A stretch of 63,970 nucleotides of DNA, filler included, from Bigelowiella natans CCMP2755 (Eukaryota; Protista; Cercozoa): assembly GCA_000320545.1 (NCBI GenBank). It is 3 parts of 3 records of this genome, joined end to end, with 100 filler letters (N's around TTAATTAATTAA, not from the genome) between each part and the next. Parts side by side here need not be neighbours in the genome. Positions count along the whole stretch, not along the records: positions 1 to 30,338 come from ADNK01001021.1; positions 30,439 to 56,722 come from ADNK01001220.1; 1 more part is not named here. One strand, 5' to 3'. The notes below the pieces were generated by a model that worked only from the letters and a program-made list of their open reading frames with translations, had not been told where the DNA came from and did no database searches. Position numbers and translations under genes: made by a program. This document shows, in pieces, positions 19,549 through 32,917 of the stretch. Positions within the stretch are counted from its first letter, which is position 1; every line of letters begins with the position of its first letter.

Positions 19549-21775
19549 TTAAAGCTTCGAGTTGTGCAGCAATTGACGTGCCACGCCGTGCCATTTAAGG
19601 TTCAGAATATAGGTCAATTGTTCGAACCTGGTCAGAACATGAAGGAGGAATAATAAGGACAACCGATTCGATTTCTCTCTCTCTCTCTTGCTCTTTCTCT
19701 TCCTCCATTTCTTTTCTCTAGTGCTGCCCCTCTTGCTACGGAGTACATGGTCAAAGACGACAAGGATAATGGTCTCTAGATTGTGTGCAAAACCTGTCGC
19801 TTCCAAAGAGAAGAAATGGCTTTTGAAAGGGCTTCGGCGCGTTTTGAACGTAGAAGGACGGAGCTCCAAATGCACCAAGGTTAACAGCCTCTTCTGTGTT
19901 AGCCCGCACCATATCCTTTGCCTGGTTCATTGATTTATGATGATGATTATGATTATAATGATGTGACGTAAGAAGGTGTACACTATTATTATAGTTATAA
20001 CTATTATTATTATTATTCTGCTTATGAAGTCCTCTGTCTAGGAATAAGAGGGAAATATGCGATGGAAAGGAAATGCCCCTCTCTTTCACAAATCTCACTT
20101 AACACCGTCATTTCTCCAACGAAGAATACAAATAACCCATCTTCCAGAATACATTAGTGATTATGGAGGTGATAATGATAATAATAATAATAATAAAGAC
20201 GGTGGCAACGACCATTCTCGAATTCGACCAAGTCAGAAGTATCGTCACGTCCTTTTTACTGGCAGTAGTAATTCAATTGATTGTCAGTGGATGCAGCTTA
20301 GAGAATAATCTCCTCATCATAGACCCATTTAAAACTATCATCTTCTTAAATTAAACAGGTCAGATACACGATGAAGGACAGAAAGAGAAATGATGGTAGA
20401 TGTGCTCCATTTGAAGCAATGATGTAATAATAATTAAATTATGTGTCCCTCATCATCCTTTTTCCATATTCAAGCGACACATCAGGGCACATCGTATATA
20501 ATCCTACTACCATGTCCAAACAACAGGGGGCAAGCTAACAAATATTATTACCATATTCCTGCCGTTTGCATGCACTTACAGATGAGCTGCTGTAAAAGTG
20601 TGCACACCAGTGTGAGAAGATTATTATGATGATGATGATGATAGTCGTTAGTCGACGAAGCAAGAATAATTTTTCTGACAATGAGATGCAAAACAAGGCT
20701 GATTTCGATGTCTTGAGTCATCATGATTTCCATATTTTACATTATCGATAGTGAGATTGTTTTTACTATCCCTGAACGACCGGTCAAGATGTACGGCTGT
20801 GGAGTTGGTAAATAGGGGTTTATATCAGAGACGATGCGAAGATGGACAAGGTAATACATAATACTACTACCTTTTGTGAATGCTGTAATGAGCGATTCAA
20901 TCTTAGAAATAAAGAGAAGAGGGAGGGGTTGGGTTAATTTTCGGATATTTTTGGGTTGCTGCCCCGAAATTACGTTTTTTCACCTTTTCCCGTGGGACAT
21001 CGTGCGCTTGTGCAGCCACGAGAACACGTTGTAATCTTAAAAGTCAAAAATGTATTGGCGCGCATATCCTCTTCAAACGCATATGGTAATTATCAGTTTT
21101 CTTCATCAAAATAGTGTTGATGCGTTTGAAAGGGGATGAATATATATAATTATGAATATATATAATTGCTGCTCCAAAATATTCTTCCAATTTGTATTTA
21201 TTATCATCGTCATCATCATCATCATCATCACCACCACCACCATCATTCACCTTAGGATATTGCGACTTACTTCACTGAAGAAGTTGGCAGGCATTGGGAG
21301 GATATCACACTGGAAAAGTGCTCTGATAATGCACAAGATGATGTGATTTTCCTACCACGTATTCTTCTGTCTCATTGTAAGAATCCCGATGTGCTTTCCT
21401 TTCTCCCTTCTCATATCCATAAGCGAACCAATCAAGTAAACGAATAACCTGTTTCGCTTGAGATCCCCAGCTAGAAACCTTACTTTAGGAGGAATGGCTA
21501 GCCCGGGTGGTTTATTCTTAGTAGCTTTCATAACACCGCCAAGGAAGAACGGTTTCAAGTCGACTGTAACCTTGCCTTTCCATTCATCTCTATAACGCTG
21601 TAGCACGAACCACGAAAAGGCTGAGTAGGGGGATCTATTTGGAACAACGAGGAGAAGAGACGGGGATGGATGTTATTACTCAACTTTCGGCATCGTTGCT
21701 TCCGAATCTTAATTATGGGGCTTACATCACATCAAAGAAGTACGAGATCCGAGGAATGTTTGATGATTCAGACAT
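19549..21775 (-). CDS. GSTK1: Glutathione S-transferase kappa (DSBA-like/HCCA isomerase family) with peroxisomal PTS1 (-SKL)
   Basis: Spliced MSESSNIPRISYFFDVI|SPYSAFSWFVLQRY...LKPFFLGGVMKATKNKPPG; ANTEEAVNLGAFGAPSFYV; FLLFGSDRF|EQLTYILNLKWHG...HNSKL*. Confidence 0.92.
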
Positions 21776-21830
21776 GATGTTCCCCCTGTTCTTTTCCGTC
21801 CACTGCTACGTTTCCGTGTTTCTTCCGAGC

Positions 21831-21873
<43 letters not shown>

Positions 21874-22124
21874 GGCAACTGTGAAGTTCCCAAAGAACGA
21901 GATGCAGGGGGAATGATAGCCGGCAGTAGAAAAATTATAAGATCGGGGAATAAACTATCTGTTTTATCAATATGACAAAATGAAGGGCATATATACAAAT
22001 TCAACCAAAGATATGTAAATGCTGTCCTTTTTTTAAGTGCGACAATGATAAACTGGGTGTTGATGGTAAGGAAGGAGCTGATGATCTCGCATTCTCCGAG
22101 CCGACATAGCTCCTCATAAAATTC

Positions 22125-23776
22125 ATGATGTTCGCCATCACTGTAGCACTTGCTTTCTCAGCAACCCCCATCCTGGCCACTTCGGATCCTTATTCCAGCT
22201 CCGAATTGGATACAATTAAAGGATACTTCTTCAAGAACGTCGACGTTGATGGAACCGGTGCTGTGATTGCGGCACCATCCGACAACCATCCGGACTACTC
22301 GTACCACTGGATGCGTGATGGCGCAATCTCTATCAATGTGGCTTACACCCTCCTCAAGAATGAGCAAGCAATGAAAGACTATCTTAATTGGGCTCTTACC
22401 AAGACTATGACCGCAAATGACCCTAATGGAGTTGACATCAGAGGTTGTTGTCCTTCCCACCTTGCGCACATATCATCCGCCGCGGATATCCAACTCTAAT
22501 ACTGTTACTTTTAATTCAACCAAACCCAACAGGAGAACCTAAGTTTTACATGGATGGCCGTGCTTACGACAAACCATGGGGACGGTACTAAAACACCAAT
22601 AGAAGCCATTACAACTTGCAACTTTTATTGACATAAAAGGTAATAATAACAACCCACTCTTCGTTACTGCACGAACAACAAATCATAGACCGCAGAATGA
22701 CGGATCTGCTCTTCGTGCGATTGCAATGATTAACTATGCCAACGATCTTATCAAGGCAGGGAAAATGAGCCAGGTAGAGGAATCAAGTTGAAATAATCGA
22801 GGAAATTACTCCTTAATGTACAAACTGTTCTTCTAAGGTGAAGGGCGTTCTCTATGATTCGGACGGAACTAAACCTGGCATCAAGTAGTGATTGACTTAT
22901 ATCATCATAATAGCCCCTGTTCTCTCTGTCTGTTTTCCTTTGATAAAGAGTTGTTGATGCTAATAATGTTGCAATCCAATTAGGTTTGACTTGGAGTTCA
23001 TCGCTCACAACTGGCAGGACAATTGCTTCGACTTGTGGGAGGAGGTGAATGGTGATCACTTTTTCACCAAGATGGTCCAGGTATCACATCTACTAGTAGG
23101 AGAAGTGGAAGTAACAGTAGTAGCAGCAGTAGCAATCATATCGTAACACCATCATCATCATCATTCAACTTTTTATTGCCCCTACACACACGAGTGAGTG
23201 AGAGGAATGTGTGAGGGAGAGGGGGAGGGAGGGCTAGTGTGAGAAGTGTGTGTGTGTGTGTGTGTGTGTGTAGAAGTACATTAACAGAGTGTTGTCTTTT
23301 CTCTTCTTGGATTTAGCGCAAGGCTCTTGCTATGGGTGCTAGACTTGCAACTGCGCTTGGGGACGATGGCGCGGCTACGTAATAAATAATATATAACAAT
23401 TGCAGCAGCGAGCGATGATTCAACAAACGATTTACTTACCCCTACCTCTCGACTACATAGCATCTTTCTGATTTTTTTTTGTTTTGGGGGATGAAGCTAT
23501 TACAAGCAACAAGTAAGTGCAATCGAGGGCCCAATCAAGGTATACTACTACTACTTCTGCTAGTAGTAGTAGTAGTAGTAGTAGTAGTAACATGCATGAT
23601 CAAGCATGGTGGTTGGCAATGGTGATGATGATGATGATTTCCTCCTAAAAGGCGCATTGGGATAGCCAGAACGGGGTCATCAAGGCCACAATGGCACCTC
23701 ACCCAGGACCTCAAAAGTGAGTAGCTGCTTTAAGCGACTAAATTAGTAAACCATATTGGATTAGAGTGTAGAGGAT

Positions 23777-23825
<49 letters not shown>

Positions 23826-24302
23826 GGATTGGTTTAGGGAGGAGATAGTGATAATTTGGTCATCAGGGAAATGAAGGACCTCCACACTGCACACATGTAT
23901 ATTGCAATATCGTCCTCCTCCTTGAGCAGCGTATTGTTTGTATTGTATTTCTAAGTTGTTGTTCTTTCCTTCATTAACTGGCTATTGTTTAAGGTACATG
24001 GAACTTGATTCCGCCATTCATCTTGGTGTCTTGTACGGATATGATGACGATGGTTTCTATGCACCCAACGACCCTCAGGTTGGTTGGTTGGTTGGTCGTC
24101 GTCGTCGTCACTTGTGTATTATTATCATTACGATGATAAAGATGATGATAATGATGATAAATAATAACAATATCATACAAAGGCAACCTTGTTATTCCAC
24201 GGAGACTTGTCACTTGGCGATTATTCTATGATCATTCATGATGTATTCACTCAATAGGTTCTTTCCAGTGTTGCGAAGCTGAAAGAAGTCATGTACACAG
24301 AC

Positions 24303-24357
<55 letters not shown>

Positions 24358-25368
24358 CAAACAAATAGAAAACTATTGTAGCTACGAAGAAAGAGTTAAA
24401 GAATAATCGCCATAGAAGCATGACTTTGCCGCCAAAATTATTATTAGTAAATAGCAAATATAAGATAAGATATTTCTTAAGCTCTTTTCTTAAGCAACGT
24501 GCTACCTGGTAGCATGTTATTAGTTTATGCTACTACTACCATATTCATTAATCAATGCTGTTCTTTGACAGGCATGTACCCTATCAATGCTGCTGACGAC
24601 AACAAAGGGATCAAGGGATTCTTGGTCGTATTAATTATTCATCATCACTGCCCACTGCCCACTGCTGTTTTATGCCTGTTTCAGTAGCCCCCCCTCTCAT
24701 TATGATGTTACTAACAACTACTACTGCTTGATCAGGTGGGTCGCTACCCCAACGATACGTGGGATGGATATGAATCAGGCAGCGTTGGTAACCCTTGGAT
24801 CTTGTGTACTCAAGCCCTTGCAGAGCTGCAGTACCGTGCAGCTACTGAGATCATGCACGAGCAAGAGCACAAAGGACTTGACCACATTCTTGTAGCTAAT
24901 GAAACCGAACAGTTTTTCCGCGGCATCCTTCTTCCCCGAGGATACAATGGCAAAGTTGATGCAGGGGTAGTAGTAGTAGTAGTAGTAGTAGTAGTGAAGA
25001 AGAAGGAGCAACAACAGTAGTATGTAGTGTAGTTAAGTGGTAGTATGTTACGAATACATTGTTATTCATGAGTACCTACCCGTACGTCATTGTATTTTGT
25101 TTCCCCTCTTCCTCTTCCTCCTCCTCCATTATGTCCCTTCCCCCCTTCCCTTCTACAGCGTAAGGTGCATGCAGCATCAACCGCTTTGGCTTTGGTCGAG
25201 GATGCAGACGCGCTCCTTGCCCGAGTGAAGTTCCACATCAAGGGCAAAAACTTCAGAATGTACGAACAACTTAACCTCGACACCGGTTTCGAGCAGGTAG
25301 TAGTAGTGACGACTACCAATCTGATGTACTATTGTATATAAGTGTTGCTTCAAATTATTTTAAATTGA

Positions 25369-25410
<42 letters not shown>

Positions 25411-25503
25411 GGAGCAAATGATCTCACATGGTCTTATGGAACCTTGTTCGGGGCTCTTGCTGCTCGTAAGACGGCAATCGAATCTCTTCAAGGCTCGGCT
25501 TAA
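22125..25503 (+). CDS. Secreted glucoamylase, glycoside hydrolase family 15; multi-exon
   Basis: Signal peptide MMFAITVALAFSATPILA, then AAPS..HPDYSYHWMRDGAIS, GEPKFYMDG..KPWGRPQNDGSALRA, FDLWEEVNGDHFFT, LDSAIHLGVLYG, GRYPNDTWDG..GNPWILCT, MYEQLNLDTG|GANDLTWSYG. Stop TAA at 25501-25503. Confidence 0.95.
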
Positions 25504-26584
25504 ACAGGAACACCAGAAACGGACGAAGAAAGAAGAAATAATTGATCGTGTGATGGATGATCATAAGCACACAGTTTAAAGTCCGCATGGTATATTCTCT
25601 GCATGCATGGGCGCAAATGTCGACATGTAAATTCCATCCTTAAATATCATCCTTCTTTCGTATTACCACGTACCTGGTTTATTCGGCGATGACACGCATG
25701 CTGGCAAGCCTTCCATATGACACCAAAATGCACGCATGGTCAGATGGCACATTGTATGTACAGGGATCATTCTAGCGGAGATTTGAGGGTGTAATAATTA
25801 GAGACTCATGCAGGGTGTAAGAACAAACAAAAATCAAAGTAAAATGCAGAAAATTGTTCGCGCGAGGGAGTAAATATTAGCGCTTCAGCATGCACCCATT
25901 TACATCCTTGTAACAATCCCTGTGCATGTATGTACTGGTCATATCTGTGCTGATCAATGGCCTGACCACAGCATGTGTCTGGAGAGTTAATAGTGTCTAG
26001 GTGTCCTGCTGGGCATATGCATGCCTGACGAATATGCGCCGCATGTAGTAGATACAAAGCTAACTAGCTAACAGGATCTACTACTTCAGTAGGCAGGATG
26101 ACAATTTTAAAAAAAATAACGCATTTGTTTACAGTGGCATGCTAGCGCATGTTGTGACAAGTAGATTATGCAGCAGCACGTATGGTCGCTATCAAATCGA
26201 GAAATGTTTGCTAGAATAAGGACCGCAGCGGTGATCGACAGCCTAATTTATATCAGCTGGTTTTTTCTAGCTTTTGCTATTAAACAGTAGCAGTTCAATG
26301 CAAATCACCGTAGCTAGATAGCGCTGATCTAACTAAATATTAAAAATGCTGGCTTGTGATGCACGACCGCGCGCTGTCTCCTTAGACCAGTTAGATATCG
26401 CATGGCGACCGCATATTATCTATTAGGCATGTGTAATAATATTAGAATGTGCCACGATTCCAACGAAGCTAAAAGCTACGAGATGTGCGGTGTGCGGTGT
26501 GCGGTTATTGTTGTTGTTGTTGTTGACATAGCCCTAGTATGTCCTAGATTTGATCTCCCAATAAATTAATCTTAATAATACACG

Positions 26585-27800
26585 CTACAGGGAGGTTTCC
26601 TCGATAGACGAGCTGCCTGAGAACTTGGCATTTTGGTGATTGCTAAGTACTCTTACAATCTTGTTGAATCTTCTTCTGAATCATCGTTCCATTCCGCCCC
26701 TATTTTTTAAAACCAAAATCATTGTGCATTCCCATTATGACTCACACAATAGGTTGCATCATGTAGATTACCATCCCAGCTGCCCTCATCCCCGCTGAAG
26801 TCATTTCTATCACTTATTTGATAGATTACTTTCAATCTGAGAAGATGTAGTATATGATTGTCAGCACTATTATCACCACACTAGAAGAACAAACAAATAA
26901 TGCATGCACACACGGATGATGATAATGATGATGGTAGTGACCGTTGTGGGCTTATACGCAGCTCTTGTGCATCCCTCAGGATCTCATTGGCCTGCAGAAA
27001 ACTATGCGTGAAGGAAACATGACAAAGTAATGCCAGGAGAGACCAAACACATGATATTGATGATACAAAAAGCCATGAAACTGCTGCTTCTTCTTTGATG
27101 GCATGTATAGATGCTCCCTCCTAGTGCTTCTCTCTTCATCGCCACGCTTACGCATTACTTGTTCTTTATCAAGTTCGGGCAGTATCTTTAGCAGAGGCGT
27201 TAGGGTCACCGCCTAAAACGATATTACATACAACAACAACAACAACAACAACAACAACATCAACGAGTTCTACAATGTGATTGATCATCAGCGGGAAAGA
27301 AGCAGCATCGGTCATCAGCGAGACCAATGAGTACAAAATATAACATAACACTTCCAATAGACAAGAGAGAAAACTACTGCTTCACCACGAATACCAATAT
27401 TCATAACTTCTTGTTTATGGCCATTACTAATTACTCCTGTTTCTATTTACCTTTGGCTGTATTTTTCCTATTGACTTCATCTTTTGATATAACTGCATTA
27501 GTAGGAGATGTATGTAAGCAACTTCTCGTCTCATTACCATCATCATTACTATCATCATCATCATCATCATCACCACCACCACCACCATTTGGTACCTTCA
27601 TAGCAGCGTCCCATCTATTTGCCAAACATTGTGCATTTATTATGATCGAGTAAGAAAACAAGTCTGGCCTTAATGATTCCTGAGTTGTTTTGTATGAGTA
27701 AGAGGAGGAAGAAGGAAACTACACATTCACTGATTAATACTCCCCCTACAATATAACTGCAAATTAGCACGAAGAATACCCCACAAAGTGCTCTTACCTG

Positions 27801-27837
<37 letters not shown>

Positions 27838-28896
27838 AATACTACTCGCTGTATTGTGTTGAATAGCTCTGTAGCTTTCCTCCATTGATAGCCCTGCAAG
27901 TATATTGAAATTAGCGTATAATACGGCACACGATCGATCTCCATCGCCATTTTTTACGCTCACTATCGTATATGATAAGCATAAGAAGGACCTCGCACAC
28001 ACACACAAACACACACACAAACACATCACCTTTGCATATGCGGCCATCATAGAATTGTATAAGACAAGATTGCGCTTGTCGTATGTCTGTCTAAATATAC
28101 CTGAGTAGCAGTAGTAGTAGTAGTAGTTGTTGTAGTTGTTGTAATTATTATTCATAATTATTATTCACACACACACACACACACACACGCACGCACGCAC
28201 GCACATGTACGTGAGTACGAGGGGCAAGGAATAACAATAAAAAGAAGGGTAGACAGAGGCATACAGATAAAACTATACAATATTAATAATCATCCATAAT
28301 AATAAATAAACATCATCATCATCATCATCACAACTACTCATACTTCTAGACGACATTCATACAAAAGGTGATTGATTTGTGATCCAAACGACGACAATTT
28401 GATTGCTTTTGATAGCGGTACCGCAACGTTATTATCATTAGGGTTTTTATTGTTAGAAATGGTTGTTGGTGTCGTCGATCTCTCTTCTCTTCTATCAATC
28501 AATACTTTCAGCTTTCCCCCACATCTGAGCCTGTCCGAGTGCGGAGATGACCTTAAAGCCGTAGTACATACATAGTAACACACCGTCACCATAGCCATCA
28601 GTTGGGTTAGTTTGCCTGCTCACAATTGTTATCATCCCTAACGTCCTCCTCCCCATTAGTTTCGCTATTTCTTCGGTAGCAGTAGCAAGGTGATGTCACT
28701 GCGACGGTTATCATCATTGTATCTTCTTTCCAGAAGAGCATCACCATCATCACCATCATCATCATCATCATCGTCATCATCATCTTAAGACATGTATTAA
28801 CAAAGAAGGAAGAGATTTAACACCGTTGAGTAGGACATCGCGTCCTTTGCTAACCCTTCTTCTCCCTGATGATTTCATTTATTCGTGTGTGTTTGC

Positions 28897-28948
<52 letters not shown>

Positions 28949-29102
28949 GGGGAAGGGGAAGGGGGAGGGGGCTCACTGACTTTTCTTCAAATGATACAAC
29001 CACACAACGTTTTCTTGCTACTGCTGAAATACTTACCATATCATCCTATGACTCTCCTTTTTTCTCACACATACACCTCCTGCTAACGTTGTTGTGCTGC
29101 TG

Positions 29103-29141
<39 letters not shown>

Positions 29142-29300
29142 CCATCCTCCTGAAGAAATCCAGAGGGGTGTCTACTTGGCCAGCCTGTGTCAGTGTAGCA
29201 TACATAGGATGCAGTATTATCACACCGTTGAAGCAGGGGGGGGGGGGTGGGAGGGGAGAACAAGCACACCACTAATAACACATCATGCCATCATCTCTCA

Positions 29301-29336
<36 letters not shown>

Positions 29337-29560
29337 CAGTAATCCTCTATGATTCATCATACCTTGGAGCAAGCAGACATCACGCTGTTGTAACTAACCG
29401 TGTCACCTCGTACTGAAACGCTTCTCATATACCTAGTAGTAGTAGTAGTAGTAGTTGTTGTTGTTGTTGTTGTGATTTCAAGTAGGTAGATTAAGTCAAA
29501 TTTGTAAGGGTGGGGATGGTAGATGACGATGATGCTGCTGGTGATGATGATACAAACACA

Positions 29561-29594
<34 letters not shown>

Positions 29595-30232
29595 ACTCTT
29601 TCCGAAAACCACCACCACCACCAGCTTGGGTACCACATAATAATGATAATAATAATAATAATAACAATCATCATCATCGTCGTCATCATACCCTATCATT
29701 GCAGTGGATCGACGCCACTGCCCAGCAGCTTTGAATGCATTAATAATCTACATATGATGAATGACGATGATAATGACGATGATGATAAGAAACAAGGTAG
29801 TAGTAGCAAAGGTCACAATAGCATGCAACAATCTAGAGCTACTATCGTCGTTTCCTTTTAGTTGTGCGGTGGTATTTGAAGGCAACCAGAGTTTACAATT
29901 CTGCTCTAGTTGTGCTATGTGCTTGTGGCAATGGTAGATTCATCATCATCATCATCATCGTCGTCGTCGTCGTCATATTACTGTGTTGTATGTATGCACG
30001 TCTGGGCTGATATTCGTCGATCTCATGTGACGTTGGACCCATATCTACGGGGAGGAATGAAGACACATCATGATGCGTGGAGATGAATGGAGAAGAGCAA
30101 AAAGGAGGCATGCGTATTATTACTACTACTACTACTACTACTATTACTACTACTACTACCGCATGCGTTCATGCAATCTACGACAAATTACTCTCGTCAC
30201 ACTGATTGAGATCGATTGTGAGTTTGTTGTCA

Positions 30233-30275
<43 letters not shown>

Positions 30276-30338
30276 CTTGGTGGTACTCTAGCTAATAATG
30301 CATGATAAAATGATCATTCTTGTCCTATCATCACATAT
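26585..30338 (-). CDS. Pentatricopeptide-repeat (PPR) protein; multi-exon; 5' end lost in assembly gap, 3' end approximate
   Basis: Exons with PPR consensus: MRSTNISPD, AFKAAGQWRRSTAMI, MRSVSVRGDTVSYNSVMSACSK, AGQVDTPLDFFRRM, GLAKDAMSYSTVL, RNLVLYNSMMAAYAK, QWRKATELFNTI, LRPDLFSYSIIINAQCLANRWDAAMK. Confidence 0.8.
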
Positions 30339-30438
30339 NNNNNNNNNNNNNNNNNNNNNNNNNNNNNNNNNNNNNNNNNNNNTTAATTAATTAANNNNNN
30401 NNNNNNNNNNNNNNNNNNNNNNNNNNNNNNNNNNNNNN
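30339..30438. other. Assembly gap with artificial TTAATTAATTAA linker
   Basis: N44-TTAATTAATTAA-N44, identical in structure to the second gap. Confidence 0.97.
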
Positions 30439-30443
30439 TCCCC

Positions 30444-30487
<44 letters not shown>

Positions 30488-30929
30488 CACCGTTGTTCTT
30501 ATTCGTCATTGAACCGACACCCATCATCACCACCACAGTCGCTCGCCGTCACCACACACTCAGGAACTTACCCATGGCCCCATGGTGAGAATTGCCATCC
30601 AAACCGTCATCTTGAGCTCCGTGGTGATGAGGAAGGGGTCGTGCACACGATTCCTCCTTAGGAGCCAGACGAGGAAGATGACGATGGCTGCATCTCCCAG
30701 AACCGATGTTGCGGTCCCTGATCGTCGTAGAGGCAGCCGCAGCAGCAGCAGCAGTTGTTATTAGGGAGTGGCCAAGCTTTCTCAGACGCGCGCGCGCATA
30801 CACATGCACTCGCCTATCCGGAACGACGACTGTGTTGGTTATTTTGGCTTGTTTTTGTTTGTTTGTTTGTCGTTCATACCCCAAACCGTGCAGTCAGCCT
30901 CTGTTCGAGTCCAGCTTTGCCCGGCGGCG

Positions 30930-30963
<34 letters not shown>

Positions 30964-31093
30964 TATGTAATGTTAGTTGTTGATGGAAGGACTCATAACT
31001 CATGGCCTGCCTTATCTAAATACTTGGTCATGTTCGTTTGAGCAGTCAAATCGGGAATCGGTACACACAGCCACCGCCTCGCCACCGTCACTA

Positions 31094-31125
<32 letters not shown>

Positions 31126-32369
31126 AAGAGCTTTTACTCGACAGATGCAGTGATGATAACTAGCACGGCGAAGATAGACTTGAAGGCCGAGTAATATAAC
31201 ATTGCACGCCATGGCGACTGATAGGGATGTTTTTTTAAAACAAAAGAAAGAGGAGGATGGGGGGAGGAGGAGGAGAGGGAAGAGAGAGGAAGAGGAGGAA
31301 GAGTTTGGCACTGCAAGCTGAGAAATAGCGGTTGCTTTGCGGATACAATATATTTCCATAATATATAAATAAATATTATTTATTTATTTATTTATGTAAG
31401 TTTGACCTGACTGTAAAACTTGGGTGCTTCTACGATTGACTCTCTCGTCTGACGAAGAAGGTCAAATTGTGAGCAATTAAGATAACGAAGATATACTTTG
31501 CAGAATGCGTTTGGGCGTGCGTGATATAGAAGGATTGGCGCGGGGGTTTTACCTCAGAAGCGACTTTGATCTCTGTTTCGTACCTCTTTTGGTCTTTTCT
31601 TGCAGCGCGCCGGGCAATTCTCTACACCGCAATAGCGCCCCAATCAGCAATCAGCGTTCACAACAATCAATGGCGGCAAACTGCCTAATCTTCACCGCGG
31701 GAGTTATTGACCTGATGCCTCTCAAACGAGTGCATGAGCGCTATCACACGGAAGAAATAGGATGCAACTGCAGTGCTCCAGACGACTTGGTACAGCAAAT
31801 CCGTGACACCGCATGGAATCGGGACCTGTGTATTATTTATTGCATTGGCCTCACATCTACGAACGGAACGACACATCGATCCAATGCTGTGAAAACCGCA
31901 TGCTGCTTTTTGACGGCACAACAACAGATACTTCAAGGTATTATTATTAGGCATTGAATTTAATAAATCCTTATTATTTATAAGGTTTGTGGTATATCCA
32001 GTAAATTGATTAAAATTATCATCAATTCCATAAAGTCCCGCTGGTACCCTAGTCGCTGAACGCGGTGAATCGTTCCTAGCACGCATAGCATACCATACCT
32101 GTGTCCTCACAACTTGAAGGAGAGCAACCAGGTTTACGAACACCGCGCCGACAATACCCGCCCTGAAAAGAATTTGATGGTGAAATATCTGTCATCATCT
32201 CTGAAACGACCATTCTAAGAATACTATCAGTAGGGAGGCAGTACTGTGGAGATCTTGAGCGGATGGGCTCTCTGTCAGTCCTCCGGAGGAACAAAACTAG
32301 AAGGAAGGCCCCGTAAAAAGTTAAGAGGACGTAGTAGACTGTCGATCCAATCCGATTGGCACTGGGCAT
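30439..32369 (-). CDS. Multi-pass (7TM-like) membrane protein resembling the N-terminal TM region of 7TM-RGS proteins; 3' part lost in gap
   Basis: MPSANRIGSTVYYVLLTFYGAFLLVLFLRRTDREPIRSRSP, AVFVNLVALLQVV, PIPCGVTDLLYQVVWSTAVASYFFRVIALMHSF, SLSVAMACNVILLGLQVYL, GTATSVLGDAAIVIFLVWLLRRNRVHDPFLITTELKMTVWMAILTMGPW. The PI.RSP motif after TM1 and D.F.I..EL after TM5 are typical of that group. Confidence 0.65.
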
Positions 32370-32917
32370 TTTGCTTGATATCAGCTTCAGAAACTAGTGC
32401 TCCGTCCCTGTCTTTTCCTTGACCTGCACCTCGAGTCGGAGAAACGACAGTTGGGGGCTGGGGAGTGGATGCCAACTGCCTCCTCTTTGAAAGCACGTGC
32501 ACCCGAAATATCCAGAAAGAGATTTTTCAGCATCATCTGAGTGCAATTATTTATCATTTTACTTAAAATAACATTGTAATTAACACTGCGACACGATTTC
32601 GACCATTTCGATAATTAAATGTAGGAGGTGTCGCCATCCGTACAGGACCATTGGAAGCTCTGACCAGTCGGGCGGCAGCGTGGCGCGCTTTAATGATTTT
32701 GTAAGTTCTGATTTTCACGGAAACAAAAACAATTTGCATTTGTACACAGAGACAACACATATTTGGGCAAAAATAATCAGAAATCTCAGGTGTTCGTGAT
32801 GCCATTTTCGGAATCCAAACTCAGCTCTCAAACGATGGCTTCCGTCTCGGTCACGCTCGCCCCTCGCTAGTGAAGGCGATCCTCCACGGGGAACCACAAA
32901 TCCGTATCTGTTTAGCC

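Noticed and set aside
30383-30394. TTAATTAATTAA palindrome inside N runs (also at 56767-56778)
   Set aside because: It sits identically in both gaps and puts stops in all six frames, so it is a scaffolding linker and not biology.
26585-32369. Apparent 7TM-PPR fusion on the minus strand
   Set aside because: The two parts are separated by an assembly gap of unknown size, and there is no evidence they form one gene.
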